Shown here piece by piece: positions 1 through 9,017 of a stretch of DNA of 64,000 nucleotides (positions within the stretch are counted from its first letter, which is position 1; each line of letters opens with the position of its first letter). The notes under the pieces are model-generated. The model was not told where the DNA came from, did not search any database, and saw nothing but the letters and a program-made list of their open reading frames with translations. The position numbers were made by a program, and so were the translations under genes. Source of the stretch: an uncultured virus (IMG/VR IMGVR_UViG_3300008003_000324) (Duplodnaviria; Heunggongvirae; Uroviricota; Caudoviricetes). Where the stretch lies: IMG/VR virus record IMGVR_UViG_3300008003_000324; one strand, written 5' to 3'.

Positions 1-792
1 AGACGCTTTTCTGACAACTTCCCTCGGGTCCATTGCGTACCAACCAGAACAGCTAAAAGAGTTCAGTTCAACTATTTTAGGACCTTCATTTGTTGTAGCT
101 ATATCAATACAAAAAAGTGTGTCCGGGAGCCAGTCGGAAGTATCAAGGATTCTTTGAACAGATTCCTTGGATTCTAGATTTACTTTTGTGTCTTCAACGT
201 GGATGCCTTCGACTGCGTATCGGGAGCTTGCAAGAATTTCTCTGTTGCCGACAATAAATCTCTCTTCTTCGAATATCTTTTTGGGGGTAGATATCAAAAT
301 CATCGAATCCAAATCGACTCCATACATTTTAACAATAGCATCAAGTTCTCTAGGCAATTGTTCCATGCTCCAAACATCTCCGGTAAACTCTTTACATCCC
401 CGGTTGGGTCTGAAAAAGAGTTGATCTATTCCCATAAGTTCAAAATAGTAATTCGGTTTTGTGATTAAATCGGACAGGGTACAGTACAAATGGTCGTGGT
501 TCAAAAACATTCTGTCGTCTACATCAAGCAATGACATGTAGACGTTACAGTTGTATTTTAGATCATCGTAATAACAACCCCAAAACTGTCTCATTTTTTT
601 CACCACACCAAGTGTGGTGTAGGTTATTACGGGCTCAGAGGTGTCAAAAGGTATTCTTCTATCTTCTATAAGAAACGGAATGTAATCGTATTCGAAAAAT
701 TCTATTCCAAGTTCGTCAAATACTTCTACTGGTATTCTGGAACCATCGAATATGTACTTGTCAACTACCCATTTTGGTTTTAAATTTGTCAT
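1..792 (-). CDS. ATP-grasp domain protein, R2K/DUF4343-like (3' end runs off the window; absent from ORF track)
   Basis: Manual translation from ATG at 792 is open to position 1: MTNLKPKW...LFFRPNRGCKEFTGDV...EERFIVG..ASSRY...FCIDIA....KIVELNSFSCSGWY, matching R2K ATP-grasp motifs. Confidence 0.7.
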   Translation of the reverse strand, partial: MTNLKPKWVVDKYIFDGSRIPVEVFDELGIEFFEYDYIPFLIEDRRIPFDTSEPVITYTTLGVVKKMRQFWGCYYDDLKYNCNVYMSLLDVDDRMFLNHDHLYCTLSDLITKPNYYFELMGIDQLFFRPNRGCKEFTGDVWSMEQLPRELDAIVKMYGVDLDSMILISTPKKIFEEERFIVGNREILASSRYAVEGIHVEDTKVNLESKESVQRILDTSDWLPDTLFCIDIATTNEGPKIVELNSFSCSGWYAMDPREVVRKAS

Positions 793-971
793 TTTTTGAT
801 TTCTCTTTGTGTATTAACATTTCTTCTAGATAGTCTTTATGAAGGGCCTAGGATATATCCACATACATAGATACCACTTCTGGGTCGTACCCGTGCGTAT
901 GATGCATCCAAGCTTAAACCCTTCCGTTCAATCCGTGCGTTTCTATTAACTGCGGTACATGATTCTCTGCC

Positions 972-1184
972 TTACCAAGTAGTTGTAGATATTTTTTCTT
1001 CTTCGTAAATTTTGCTTGTGATATAATATTTAGTGTAAGTTTCTCTATGATTAGAACATTTTGGGGGCAACTCATCGTAGCGAACTTGTTCTCTAGTTCG
1101 ACCACACCCCGTGCATTCGGCGGTTCTAGAATCATTAAAAAAATCTATGAGCGCCTTCCTCGTAGTTAGAAGAATGTCAAGCAT
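972..1184 (-). CDS. small hypothetical protein with CxxC
   Basis: 70-aa ORF on the same strand as its neighbours, CTGC motif; no family recognised. Confidence 0.35.
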   Translation of the reverse strand: MLDILLTTRKALIDFFNDSRTAECTGCGRTREQVRYDELPPKCSNHRETYTKYYITSKIYEEEKISTTTW

Positions 1185-1322
1185 AATAGGCTTTGATTAC
1201 CTCGTCTCTTTCTTGAGGATTCTTATTGAAGTAGTCCAACGCTATTTGGTCCATCCTGTTTGCCATCATTCAGTATCTCACTAATAATTGGGTGTTCTAT
1301 CAGCACTTCTAAAATCAATTTT

Positions 1323-1859
1323 TTAGAGCAGACCATCTTGTAAATATTCTAACATTGTCTGTGCGTCGGACACATCGAAAGGGTCGCCATCGAACTCGTC
1401 CATGCACATTGTTGGGCCGCAGGATTCACAGAAAAGAGCTTCTATGTACCCATTGTCGACAACCGCACTGTATCTCCACGAGCGCATGCCCAATCCCGCG
1501 TTGTTCTTGGAGCAAAGCATTCCCATTCCACGGGTAAATTCTCCATTTCCATCTGCAACCATTTCCACGTTTTCGATGTCTAGGCTATCAAACCATGCAG
1601 ACATTGTAAAGACATCATTCACGCTAATACAGTAAACCTCATCGACCCCGGAGTCAATAATCTGATCGTACAGTTCATCAAATTCTGGAAGATGTCTAGA
1701 AGAACAAGTGGGAGTGAATGCTCCGGGCAACGCAAATACAACTACCCTTTTACCATCGAATAATTCTCCACTAAGTACCGGGCTCGTCTTCCCGTCTTCG
1801 TCTCTAATAAACACTCTAGCAGCCATTGGTACCAAGCTGTAGGCTTTAGCTATTGTCAC
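1323..1859 (-). CDS. peroxiredoxin (Prx5/redoxin family)
   Basis: VVFALPGAFTPTCSSRHLP active-site motif, CISVND, DGNGEFT, RSWRYS. Confidence 0.92.
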   Translation of the reverse strand: MTIAKAYSLVPMAARVFIRDEDGKTSPVLSGELFDGKRVVVFALPGAFTPTCSSRHLPEFDELYDQIIDSGVDEVYCISVNDVFTMSAWFDSLDIENVEMVADGNGEFTRGMGMLCSKNNAGLGMRSWRYSAVVDNGYIEALFCESCGPTMCMDEFDGDPFDVSDAQTMLEYLQDGLL

Positions 1860-2161
1860 GATAATTTTCTCCTAGTATTAAAATCATAAATTTCAGCTCC
1901 TTCAGAAGGAAATGGTTTCTTTTCCTTGGCGGACATTTCAATAATAGAATGTTCTTCTTTGGTTGTCAAAGGCTTTTTCTTTCTGTTTTCTGCCAGACTC
2001 TGCATGAAAATTTTGTATTCTTTGACAAACCGAGAAGTTTGGACTTCATCCAAACCCTGCATTATCGCTAAGAAGAACGGTTCGATTTCTGGGTATAAAT
2101 TTGCTATGTCCGTTCTGGACAAGGCAATCTTTTTATTACCAAATTTTATAAGATATTCCAT
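1856..2161 (-). CDS. hypothetical protein
   Basis: 101-aa ORF overlapping the peroxiredoxin start by 4 nt. Confidence 0.55.
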   Translation of the reverse strand: MEYLIKFGNKKIALSRTDIANLYPEIEPFFLAIMQGLDEVQTSRFVKEYKIFMQSLAENRKKKPLTTKEEHSIIEMSAKEKKPFPSEGAEIYDFNTRRKLS

Positions 2162-2244
2162 TAAGCACCTAGTTGTTGGTTGTTGTTAGTACAATAATTC
2201 AATTATACATTGAAGAAGATCAACACGCAATACAATTATCTCTT

Positions 2245-2739
2245 TCAACGCGTACTTGCTTCTGCTATTAAATCCCAGAATTTCTCCGGCTCTTCGTGTT
2301 TGTAGATATATTCACCACGATTTCTAACCCAAAATACTCGATTGCCATGTTTCCTACGATCTATATCAAGGTGTACCATGGGTTGAGGCTGTCTTCTATT
2401 TACATTAGTATCCAAGTATACCCCAATTCCTTGCCATACAGTATTTTCAACTGCACAAATCCAAAAATCCATAACGGCTACAGAAGGAAAAACATCCACC
2501 GCTTTTCCGAGAGAGCCATCGCCAATATAATGTCTGCTGTTCTTGGACCCGGTACGCCGTACAAGACCGTCTGGAACTCCACTTGGAAAAACCGACCGCC
2601 CAAATGCATATCTAGTTATATCTAAGTTATACAACACCTCTGCGTTTACGTATTTCAAATCTTCTGGAACTGGCCATTCGCTTGGAGAAAAATTAGATGT
2701 TGGTGTGTTTTTCAAATAATCATACGCATTTTTAAACAT
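2245..2739 (-). CDS. peptidase M15-like zinc peptidase (possible endolysin)
   Basis: SRH..G....AVD and GIGVY...VHLD motifs of the M15 zinc-binding fold. Confidence 0.65.
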   Translation of the reverse strand: MFKNAYDYLKNTPTSNFSPSEWPVPEDLKYVNAEVLYNLDITRYAFGRSVFPSGVPDGLVRRTGSKNSRHYIGDGSLGKAVDVFPSVAVMDFWICAVENTVWQGIGVYLDTNVNRRQPQPMVHLDIDRRKHGNRVFWVRNRGEYIYKHEEPEKFWDLIAEASTR

Positions 2740-2830
2740 ATGTTGGTCTTTATTGTTGGTCTAGTTCGACTTTATTTATGCTAATGGGTCGGAATAATAA
2801 ATACAGTAGTCGGAAAATTAAGGAAAAAAA

Positions 2831-3807
2831 ATGGCCTCGGAAAAATATGTATATGTCGTTGAAGAAGGTAAAAGACCCCGAAGAGATGTATTGAGCGCTG
2901 CATTTGCGCCCACTTCTACAACCTTTAGCGTGGGTTCGGGGGGAGACTTCCCTACATTGGGTGCTGCATTGGCACACTTAGATTCATTTGTTTCAACAAA
3001 TTTTCAACAAGTTATTATCAATATATTGTCTGGATATGTTTTAAAGAGAATCTGGTTTTAAAAAATAAAGATTATAAAAATGTAAAAATCACAAGTGATG
3101 ATGACACTGTTCTAGTCTCCAGAGAATATATGCTTTCCCTTGGTGATGATGACTCTGCAGCCTTCGTTAGTGCCACTAACACCATACTACCCCTAATAGC
3201 AACTCATTTTAAGCTAGATGACACCGGGACCCTGTATGCTGGAAACAATAATTTAGGTAACCATCGAGCGGGACTTTCCCTCTTTTCTGCTTCACAGTTG
3301 GTTTTTGAGAACGATTACAACAATGGTGGAAAGGTCTCTGGAATTTCTGATTTTTTGACTAACAACATTTTTTGTGCACAGTCGTCTGTAACTTTAGGCA
3401 ACGGAAGTTTTTCGCGAGATACCGGGACCGGTCAGAATTATGAGGTAGATTATACTTTTTCGGGTGGGGCTCTGGGGTGGCTTGACAATATTGGGGCGTA
3501 CTGGGGCTCAAACGTTAACGTGGTAGGGGGCAGTGTCAGTGGCTCTGCTAACGTGAATTTGGACCTCAGCCCCGGTTGTCGAGGGTATATTCAACAGGCG
3601 TCTATAATCAACAGCGAACACGATTGTTTAGCAGTACGTGGCTCAAATTGTGTAATAAATCTTTGTACTGTTCGTAAAGATGGCGCAAATGACAGTGCGG
3701 ATGACGTTGTAGTATCCGACGGTGGGGTGGTTTCTATAATCAACAGCAACTGTGGGGTTTCACAAACAGCCAACACCATTACCGCAAATGGTATAATCAT
3801 GAGGTAA
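2831..3807 (+). CDS. tail fibre/spike-like beta-rich protein in two frames joined by a -1 shift near 3040-3046
   Basis: ORF 2831-3061 (VGSGGDFPTLGAAL, a typical fibre-domain start) continues in the -1 frame (KENLVLKNKDY...) into ORF 3130-3807. In-frame T_TTA_AAG heptamer at the junction. Confidence 0.6.
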
Positions 3808-3827
3808 TGAGAAGTCTAACATTAAAC

Positions 3828-3854
3828 AAAAAAGCCGGGACCTCCCGGCTTTTT
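3828..3854. terminator. bidirectional intrinsic terminator
   Basis: AAAAAAGCCGGGA-CC-TCCCGGCTTTTT between convergent genes. Confidence 0.85.
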
Positions 3855-4281
3855 ATAGCTCTTTAATGGCTTCCAGCAATTTAGGATATGCTACTCTTTC
3901 AATCTCTTCTTTGTGAGTCGAATCGACTTCCGAGAAAAGTGCTCCCTGTTTTTCCCCATATGTAAGATGTACAAACAAATCGTATTTCAGATTTTTTATC
4001 TGGTCTGGCTGTATGACTTTTCCCCAATGATCTCTTTTTCCTTTTATATACTCACCATATAAATTAGTAAAGTAAGCTGTTCCCTCCCACCCCTGCACAC
4101 CATTCAAAAAATATGCGGGGTCTGAAAACAACGAGGGAGTTCTTTTTTCATCCAAATCCACAACAATACTTCCTTCTGCAACGAATTTACGATGAGTTGG
4201 AAGGAACTCATGGTCTGTTTGGTATACAGCAATTCTTTTTGGACCAGAATCAGTTGGGTTCATTATTTCTGTTAGTTTCAA
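3853..4281 (-). CDS. hypothetical protein
   Basis: 142-aa ORF with TATAAATA (4305-4312, minus) upstream and a terminator downstream. Confidence 0.65.
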   Translation of the reverse strand: MKLTEIMNPTDSGPKRIAVYQTDHEFLPTHRKFVAEGSIVVDLDEKRTPSLFSDPAYFLNGVQGWEGTAYFTNLYGEYIKGKRDHWGKVIQPDQIKNLKYDLFVHLTYGEKQGALFSEVDSTHKEEIERVAYPKLLEAIKEL

Positions 4282-4353
4282 TTTTTTGTCTCGGATACTG
4301 TTTGTATTTATATATTATTCGGGTAGAATTAATAACAAAGTTATTTAACGATA

Positions 4354-5469
4354 TCATAAACTGAAATTTTTAAAAGCCTCGTTTTCTACTTTTTTGTCTA
4401 CTTCACCAACAAGATACGTTGATATCTCAACTTCCTGTGGGGCGTTTTGTGTTTCTCGGCCAGCTATCCACGATTCTGTCCACGATAGAGGATTGTCTCT
4501 AGGCACCACGTATGGACTACTCAACCCGATTCTTGTCATTCGTTTGTTTGCAATCCATTCTACATAATCTTTCAACAGTTGTGCGTTCAGTCCTAGCATA
4601 GACCCGTCTTTGAAGAGATAATCGGCCCATGCTTTTTCCTGATCTACAGCACTAATAAACATTTGGACACAATCTTCTTCGGTTTCGCTACGTATTTTTA
4701 TAAAATCTGGGTCATCTTTTTCTAAAGTATTCAGCAAGAATTGTGTGAACCCCAGATGCAAATTTTCGTCCCTGCAAATGAACTTTATTATTTTGGCATT
4801 CCCTTCCATCTTGTCCTGTTCAGCAAAAGCCCACGAACAAGCAAAGCTCACATAAAACCTGATCCCTTCCAAAATGTTGACGGCCATCAATGCCATCCAT
4901 AGGGCTTTTTTGTGTTCATATTTGCTGACTGGTGCGTCATACCCATTAACATCGACGTAGTTAGTGATAGCTATCAAATTATCATAATGTTTGCTGATGT
5001 CGGAGGCACATTCCAGAATTTCCGGTATGTTGTTTATTTCATCAAACACCATAGACGGGTTCGGCAATACGTTGCGGATAATGTGAGTGTACGATTGATT
5101 GTGAATACCTTCAACAAAGGACCACACCTCGATGAAAGATTCTATTTCCGGTAATGTTGTTATGGGAAGAAACGCTAGATTCGGTGATCTTCCTTGAACA
5201 GAGTCTAAGAGAATCTGTCTTTTCAAATTAGACAAAAATATATGTTTCTCGTGATCTGACAGGTCCCTAAAATCTTTGGCGTCTCTTGATATGTTAATTT
5301 CTTCTGGACGCCAAAAGAAACTAAGTTGTTTTTCATACATCTTAGTGGCTTTTGGATATTTAACGTCGTCATAACGAGCTATCGTTACCGAAGTATTTTG
5401 ATCATCCAAGAACATTGTACATTTCTTGTGAGACTTTTTGTTGTCTGGGTTATAAACGCTTTTAGTCAT
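4354..5469 (-). CDS. nrdB: ribonucleotide reductase class Ia beta subunit
   Basis: FFWRPEEI, RQILLDSVQGR, EGIHNQSY, LEGIRFYVSF, RDENLH, APQEVEISTY. Confidence 0.97.
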   Translation of the reverse strand: MTKSVYNPDNKKSHKKCTMFLDDQNTSVTIARYDDVKYPKATKMYEKQLSFFWRPEEINISRDAKDFRDLSDHEKHIFLSNLKRQILLDSVQGRSPNLAFLPITTLPEIESFIEVWSFVEGIHNQSYTHIIRNVLPNPSMVFDEINNIPEILECASDISKHYDNLIAITNYVDVNGYDAPVSKYEHKKALWMALMAVNILEGIRFYVSFACSWAFAEQDKMEGNAKIIKFICRDENLHLGFTQFLLNTLEKDDPDFIKIRSETEEDCVQMFISAVDQEKAWADYLFKDGSMLGLNAQLLKDYVEWIANKRMTRIGLSSPYVVPRDNPLSWTESWIAGRETQNAPQEVEISTYLVGEVDKKVENEAFKNFSL

Positions 5470-5491
5470 ATCTTTCCTTAGTTATTATACT

Positions 5492-6031
5492 TTATAATAT
5501 GCATGAAGAACAACCTTCTTCATCGTCAAGTTCCTCGGTCTTGGGCTCTAATACTACTTCGACTTCTTCCTTTTCTTCCCCGGCACCATCATAAGTATTG
5601 TGATAGTATAAGGTCTTGCCACCATATTTGTAAAACTCAAGGAGTTGCTTTAAAAGCTCCTGAAGAGGGACCTTATTGTCCGGATAGTTTTCTGGGTTGA
5701 TGCTGACATTTGCTGAAATAGTTTGGTCAACATACTTTTGTATAATGTTCATTATCCTCAAATAACCATCTGGTGACTTTTGTTCCCATAGAAGATCGTA
5801 CTTGTTCTTCAGGCGATAGATTTCAGGAACCACCTGTTTCATTTTGCCGTCCTTAGAACTTTTCTCGCTGATCAACCCTCTGGGCGGCTCTACGCCGTTG
5901 GTGGCATTAGCTAATTGTGAAGAAGTATTGTGACTTATCGATCCATTTGATAGGGCGTATTGTTCGGTATCCGTAGATATATCCCAAGTGTGTTCTACGC
6001 CCACATTTCGTTTTATGCTTTTAATTTTCAT
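5492..6031 (-). CDS. nrdA: NrdA piece 3: split-intein C-half (35 aa) plus C-terminal extein
   Basis: MKIKSIKR...TWDI...ISHN|TSSQLANATNGVEP...KTLYY...CSSC; GAGGA Shine-Dalgarno upstream. Confidence 0.93.
   Translation of the reverse strand: MKIKSIKRNVGVEHTWDISTDTEQYALSNGSISHNTSSQLANATNGVEPPRGLISEKSSKDGKMKQVVPEIYRLKNKYDLLWEQKSPDGYLRIMNIIQKYVDQTISANVSINPENYPDNKVPLQELLKQLLEFYKYGGKTLYYHNTYDGAGEEKEEVEVVLEPKTEELDDEEGCSSCIL
5927..6031 (-). mobile_element. split intein 2, C-half (+1 residue Thr)
   Basis: Block F/G motifs ending HN, followed by TSSQ. Confidence 0.9.
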
Positions 6032-7016
6032 TGTGTAATTCCTCTATTGTTATTGTACATTTTCCTTGTTTAGACAGATTTTCCTCCCAAGGAATAAATT
6101 CCAAATTCTTCTTGTCGCCTATAATTTCTGGCGGTATACCTTCTATAAATCCCCTAGATATAGAAAATTTGTGATCTAGATGGTATGCTCCATCCTCCCC
6201 AGCTTTTCCTCTAAGATAAAAATTCTTTAATTCAGATAGGTCATTTTGATTGGTATGCGACCATACTTCTCTTTTATAGGATTCATATTCTGTCAAGGAT
6301 TCATATGGCACCCAAATCCCAGAATCTTCCATGGTTTTCCTCAATTTTTTCATTCTAGCAGAAAATTCTTCGTCGGTTAGCTTTTTCTTAGAATTATGGC
6401 CCCTGACCTCTCGTATTTTTTCTTTTATCTCCACTTCAGTCATTTCTGTAGTTTTTTTCAAATATTCTGCATAAGAGTCTATTCCTTTCTTTTTGTCGTG
6501 TATTTTTCTTATATTCTTTTTCGCGTACTCCAATGATTTTCCGCGCTTAATGTAATACTCTACATGGAGTGGGCTATTTTCTCTTTGATATTCTTTCGCT
6601 TTTTCAATCGAAGTAGATTCATCCAAGCCCCGTTTCATGTAAAATTCCTTACAGCGCGGAGATTGTGCCCTTCCATTTTCTTTGGCCAATTCCCACCCAC
6701 TTCGTAAGGTTTTTTCTGCCCAAGACTCATATTTTTTTAGTCCTTCGACTTTGCCATATCTTTTTACAAAGTTGTCCTTAGATGTTGCTTTAGACCTTTT
6801 AAATTGTTCTATAGTTTTTTCTGCTTCTTCCAAAGAACAATTGTCTCGCTTCATTACATATTTCGGATCATATGGGTTGGCTTTTTTTATCTTCTTCCCT
6901 CTATTCCACGCATTCTTTTCTTTCAACAACCAAATAGTTTTTTCTGCTTCTTCCAAAGAACAATTGTCTCGCTTCATTACATATTTCGGATCATACGGAT
7001 TAAATTTTTTAGTCAT
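6021..7016 (-). CDS. free-standing HNH-like putative homing endonuclease in the second nrdA break
   Basis: C-terminal YHLDHKFSI..GF...IPPEIIG...NL..IPWEEN..K; basic repeated N-terminus. Start probably ATG 7016 (track: TTG 7043). Confidence 0.75.
   Translation of the reverse strand: MTKKFNPYDPKYVMKRDNCSLEEAEKTIWLLKEKNAWNRGKKIKKANPYDPKYVMKRDNCSLEEAEKTIEQFKRSKATSKDNFVKRYGKVEGLKKYESWAEKTLRSGWELAKENGRAQSPRCKEFYMKRGLDESTSIEKAKEYQRENSPLHVEYYIKRGKSLEYAKKNIRKIHDKKKGIDSYAEYLKKTTEMTEVEIKEKIREVRGHNSKKKLTDEEFSARMKKLRKTMEDSGIWVPYESLTEYESYKREVWSHTNQNDLSELKNFYLRGKAGEDGAYHLDHKFSISRGFIEGIPPEIIGDKKNLEFIPWEENLSKQGKCTITIEELHNEN
6811..6995. repeat. 62-bp perfect direct repeat (6811-6872 and 6934-6995)
   Basis: Encodes YDPKYVMKRDNCSLEEAEKTI twice, period 123 bp. 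Confidence 0.95.
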
Positions 7017-7067
7017 GCCAATACCCCCCCCCCGGTCTTCCAAGTTGGCGTTAATGCCGTTACTTTT

Positions 7068-8066
7068 TTATTTAGTATTAACGCTAACTACATTGTCATT
7101 TTCTCTTAAATCCTTGATCTCGATCCATTGGCTGCTTCCGCCCCTATCAACTAACAATCTATGATTTTCAGTGAACTTGTATGATGATCCGTCTTCAAAT
7201 TCTATTTCAATGATTTCTTTAGGTCCATTGTAATAAAACTCGTGAGCTATAGAGTCAGACAACTCTACGGGTTTCAGGAAAGAAAACCGTTGTCCAATCA
7301 TAAACGGGTTGCTATGAATGTCTTCTATGGAAATGTTTCCGTACTCTCGGATTAGTTTTTCGAGTGTTGTTTTAGAACCGTCTTTCATTAGTATCTCGTT
7401 GTCCAAGCTCTGGCATTCGCTAGGCATCAGAGCCATCAACGTAGCATTTCTAATACCATACTGTGCCATCTCGGATCGTAGACCTTCCCAGTCAAAGCGG
7501 GTCTTATGTGGTATGATCTCGTCTATTTCTTTCTTGCGGTTTTCCCAAGGGAACTGCCCTATCCCATATTTTGTTTCTGCCGAAAGTTCACAAGGACCTT
7601 GCTCTTTAGCAAGTTGTACAGAAGCTTTGGTCAAATAGAACGCCATTGCTTCCATGTATTCATCTACTGTCTCGAATGCAGACCCGTCATAACGCATATT
7701 ATTTTTGGCTAAAAAGTACGCCAAGTTTATAATTCCTATACCCAAAGTTCTAAATTCTTTTGTCGAAAGCTCTGCTTGTATGGCAGGAAAATCTTGGTAC
7801 GTTAATAGAGAGTCTAATGCCCTTACTGCTAACTCACATGGTTTTTCAAAATCTTCAGGCTTTTTGATATTTCCCCAATTTATAGCAGAGAGGGTGCATA
7901 AAGCTATTCTACCATTTTCGTCATTGACGCCCTCAAAAGGCGTTGTGGGCAAAGTTATCTCCGCACAGTTGTGTACTAGTATATTATTCGCATAAAAATT
8001 TGACGTATCTTTTACTGTAATGTCATAAACGGGTCTGGTTATTTTCTGTTTAGTTATTGTTAACAT
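7068..8066 (-). CDS. nrdA: NrdA piece 2: IntC1 (33 aa) + middle extein (184 aa) + IntN2 (115 aa)
   Basis: MLTITKQ...VYDITV...LVHN|CAEITLP...LCTLSAIN...RTLGIG...ALMPSE|CQSLDNE...KFTENHRLLV...; AAGGA Shine-Dalgarno. Confidence 0.93.
   Translation of the reverse strand: MLTITKQKITRPVYDITVKDTSNFYANNILVHNCAEITLPTTPFEGVNDENGRIALCTLSAINWGNIKKPEDFEKPCELAVRALDSLLTYQDFPAIQAELSTKEFRTLGIGIINLAYFLAKNNMRYDGSAFETVDEYMEAMAFYLTKASVQLAKEQGPCELSAETKYGIGQFPWENRKKEIDEIIPHKTRFDWEGLRSEMAQYGIRNATLMALMPSECQSLDNEILMKDGSKTTLEKLIREYGNISIEDIHSNPFMIGQRFSFLKPVELSDSIAHEFYYNGPKEIIEIEFEDGSSYKFTENHRLLVDRGGSSQWIEIKDLRENDNVVSVNTK
7071..7415 (-). mobile_element. split intein 2, N-half
   Basis: Starts with Cys after ALMPSE, block B TENH, ends at a stop with no HN. 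Confidence 0.88.
7968..8066 (-). mobile_element. split intein 1, C-half (+1 residue is the catalytic Cys)
   Basis: VYDITV..TSNFYANNILVHN|C. Confidence 0.92.
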
Positions 8067-8071
8067 TTGTA

Positions 8072-9001
8072 TTATTTCCTTTGTAGTGTGAATGATCCGT
8101 CCGGGTGGTAAAATCTTTTTTTTCCAAGACTACTTTCTCGTATCTGTTGTTTTTGTTGGGAAGATCGATAATAACGATCATATTCAAACTCTATCCCACG
8201 ATTATTGCATTCTTTACGTAGCGCTTCAATAAATTTTTTCCTAGACCCGTTCCAACGGTGCTTAGAAAAGTTTATTATGTAAATTAAATTTTTTTCTTCG
8301 CAGTACTTCTTGTACTCAGATTTTATAAACCTTCCATCGGAACAAGTCTTTATGTAATCTATAGTCTGTTCAAGGTACTCTTCGTTCTTTATATTGTGAG
8401 CATTAAAGTTTTTTAATCCCCGATTCCTTTTGCTCAAATATTCTTTTTGATCTTTTTTTAAACTTTTTCCTTTAGAATGGTGAACCCATTTTCCGCCCAG
8501 AACATTTTCGTGATTTACATCAACTGAGCCTATCATTTCTCCAGTGATGAAATCCTTGACAGGCATTTTTCCTCTCCTAGCTTCAGAAATTCTTGGGTGA
8601 CCGGAATTGTTGGCTTTGATAAATCTAGAAAAAGCTTCTCTTTGGTATTTAAACTTTTTCCTCAGTATTTTGTTAACATGAATATCTTCCAACTTTTTTC
8701 CAAAAAAGCCATTTAGCATTAGATTTACGGCACAAATATCATTATATTTCCCATAAACTTTATAACGCAAGTAGTGTATAAACAAGTGTTCTTCTGGTAA
8801 GAGGGACACGATGTTATCTTCACTGTCCATTCCTCCCTCTGATCTAGGAACTATATGATGTCTTTCAACATATAAATTATCAGAATTGAGCCTCAAATCC
8901 CTCGGGTTTCTTCGAATTATCCTAGTCTTAACATCAGTGTTAATAAAGTCTATAATGAAATTGTTATAGATTTTCTCGTAATTCATAGTCGGTAATGTCA
9001 T
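8072..9001 (-). CDS. free-standing HNH homing endonuclease (MobE-like) in the first nrdA break
   Basis: YVERHHIVPRSEGG.D...NIV.L..EEH...H..L..VY, as in T4-type Mob HNH enzymes. Confidence 0.88.
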   Translation of the reverse strand: MTLPTMNYEKIYNNFIIDFINTDVKTRIIRRNPRDLRLNSDNLYVERHHIVPRSEGGMDSEDNIVSLLPEEHLFIHYLRYKVYGKYNDICAVNLMLNGFFGKKLEDIHVNKILRKKFKYQREAFSRFIKANNSGHPRISEARRGKMPVKDFITGEMIGSVDVNHENVLGGKWVHHSKGKSLKKDQKEYLSKRNRGLKNFNAHNIKNEEYLEQTIDYIKTCSDGRFIKSEYKKYCEEKNLIYIINFSKHRWNGSRKKFIEALRKECNNRGIEFEYDRYYRSSQQKQQIRESSLGKKRFYHPDGSFTLQRK

Positions 9002-9017
9002 TTCCGTGTATCTTTAT

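Noticed and set aside
6811..6995. 62-bp repeat as a DGR template/variable pair
   Set aside because: The copies are identical with no adenine-specific differences, and there is no reverse transcriptase in the window.
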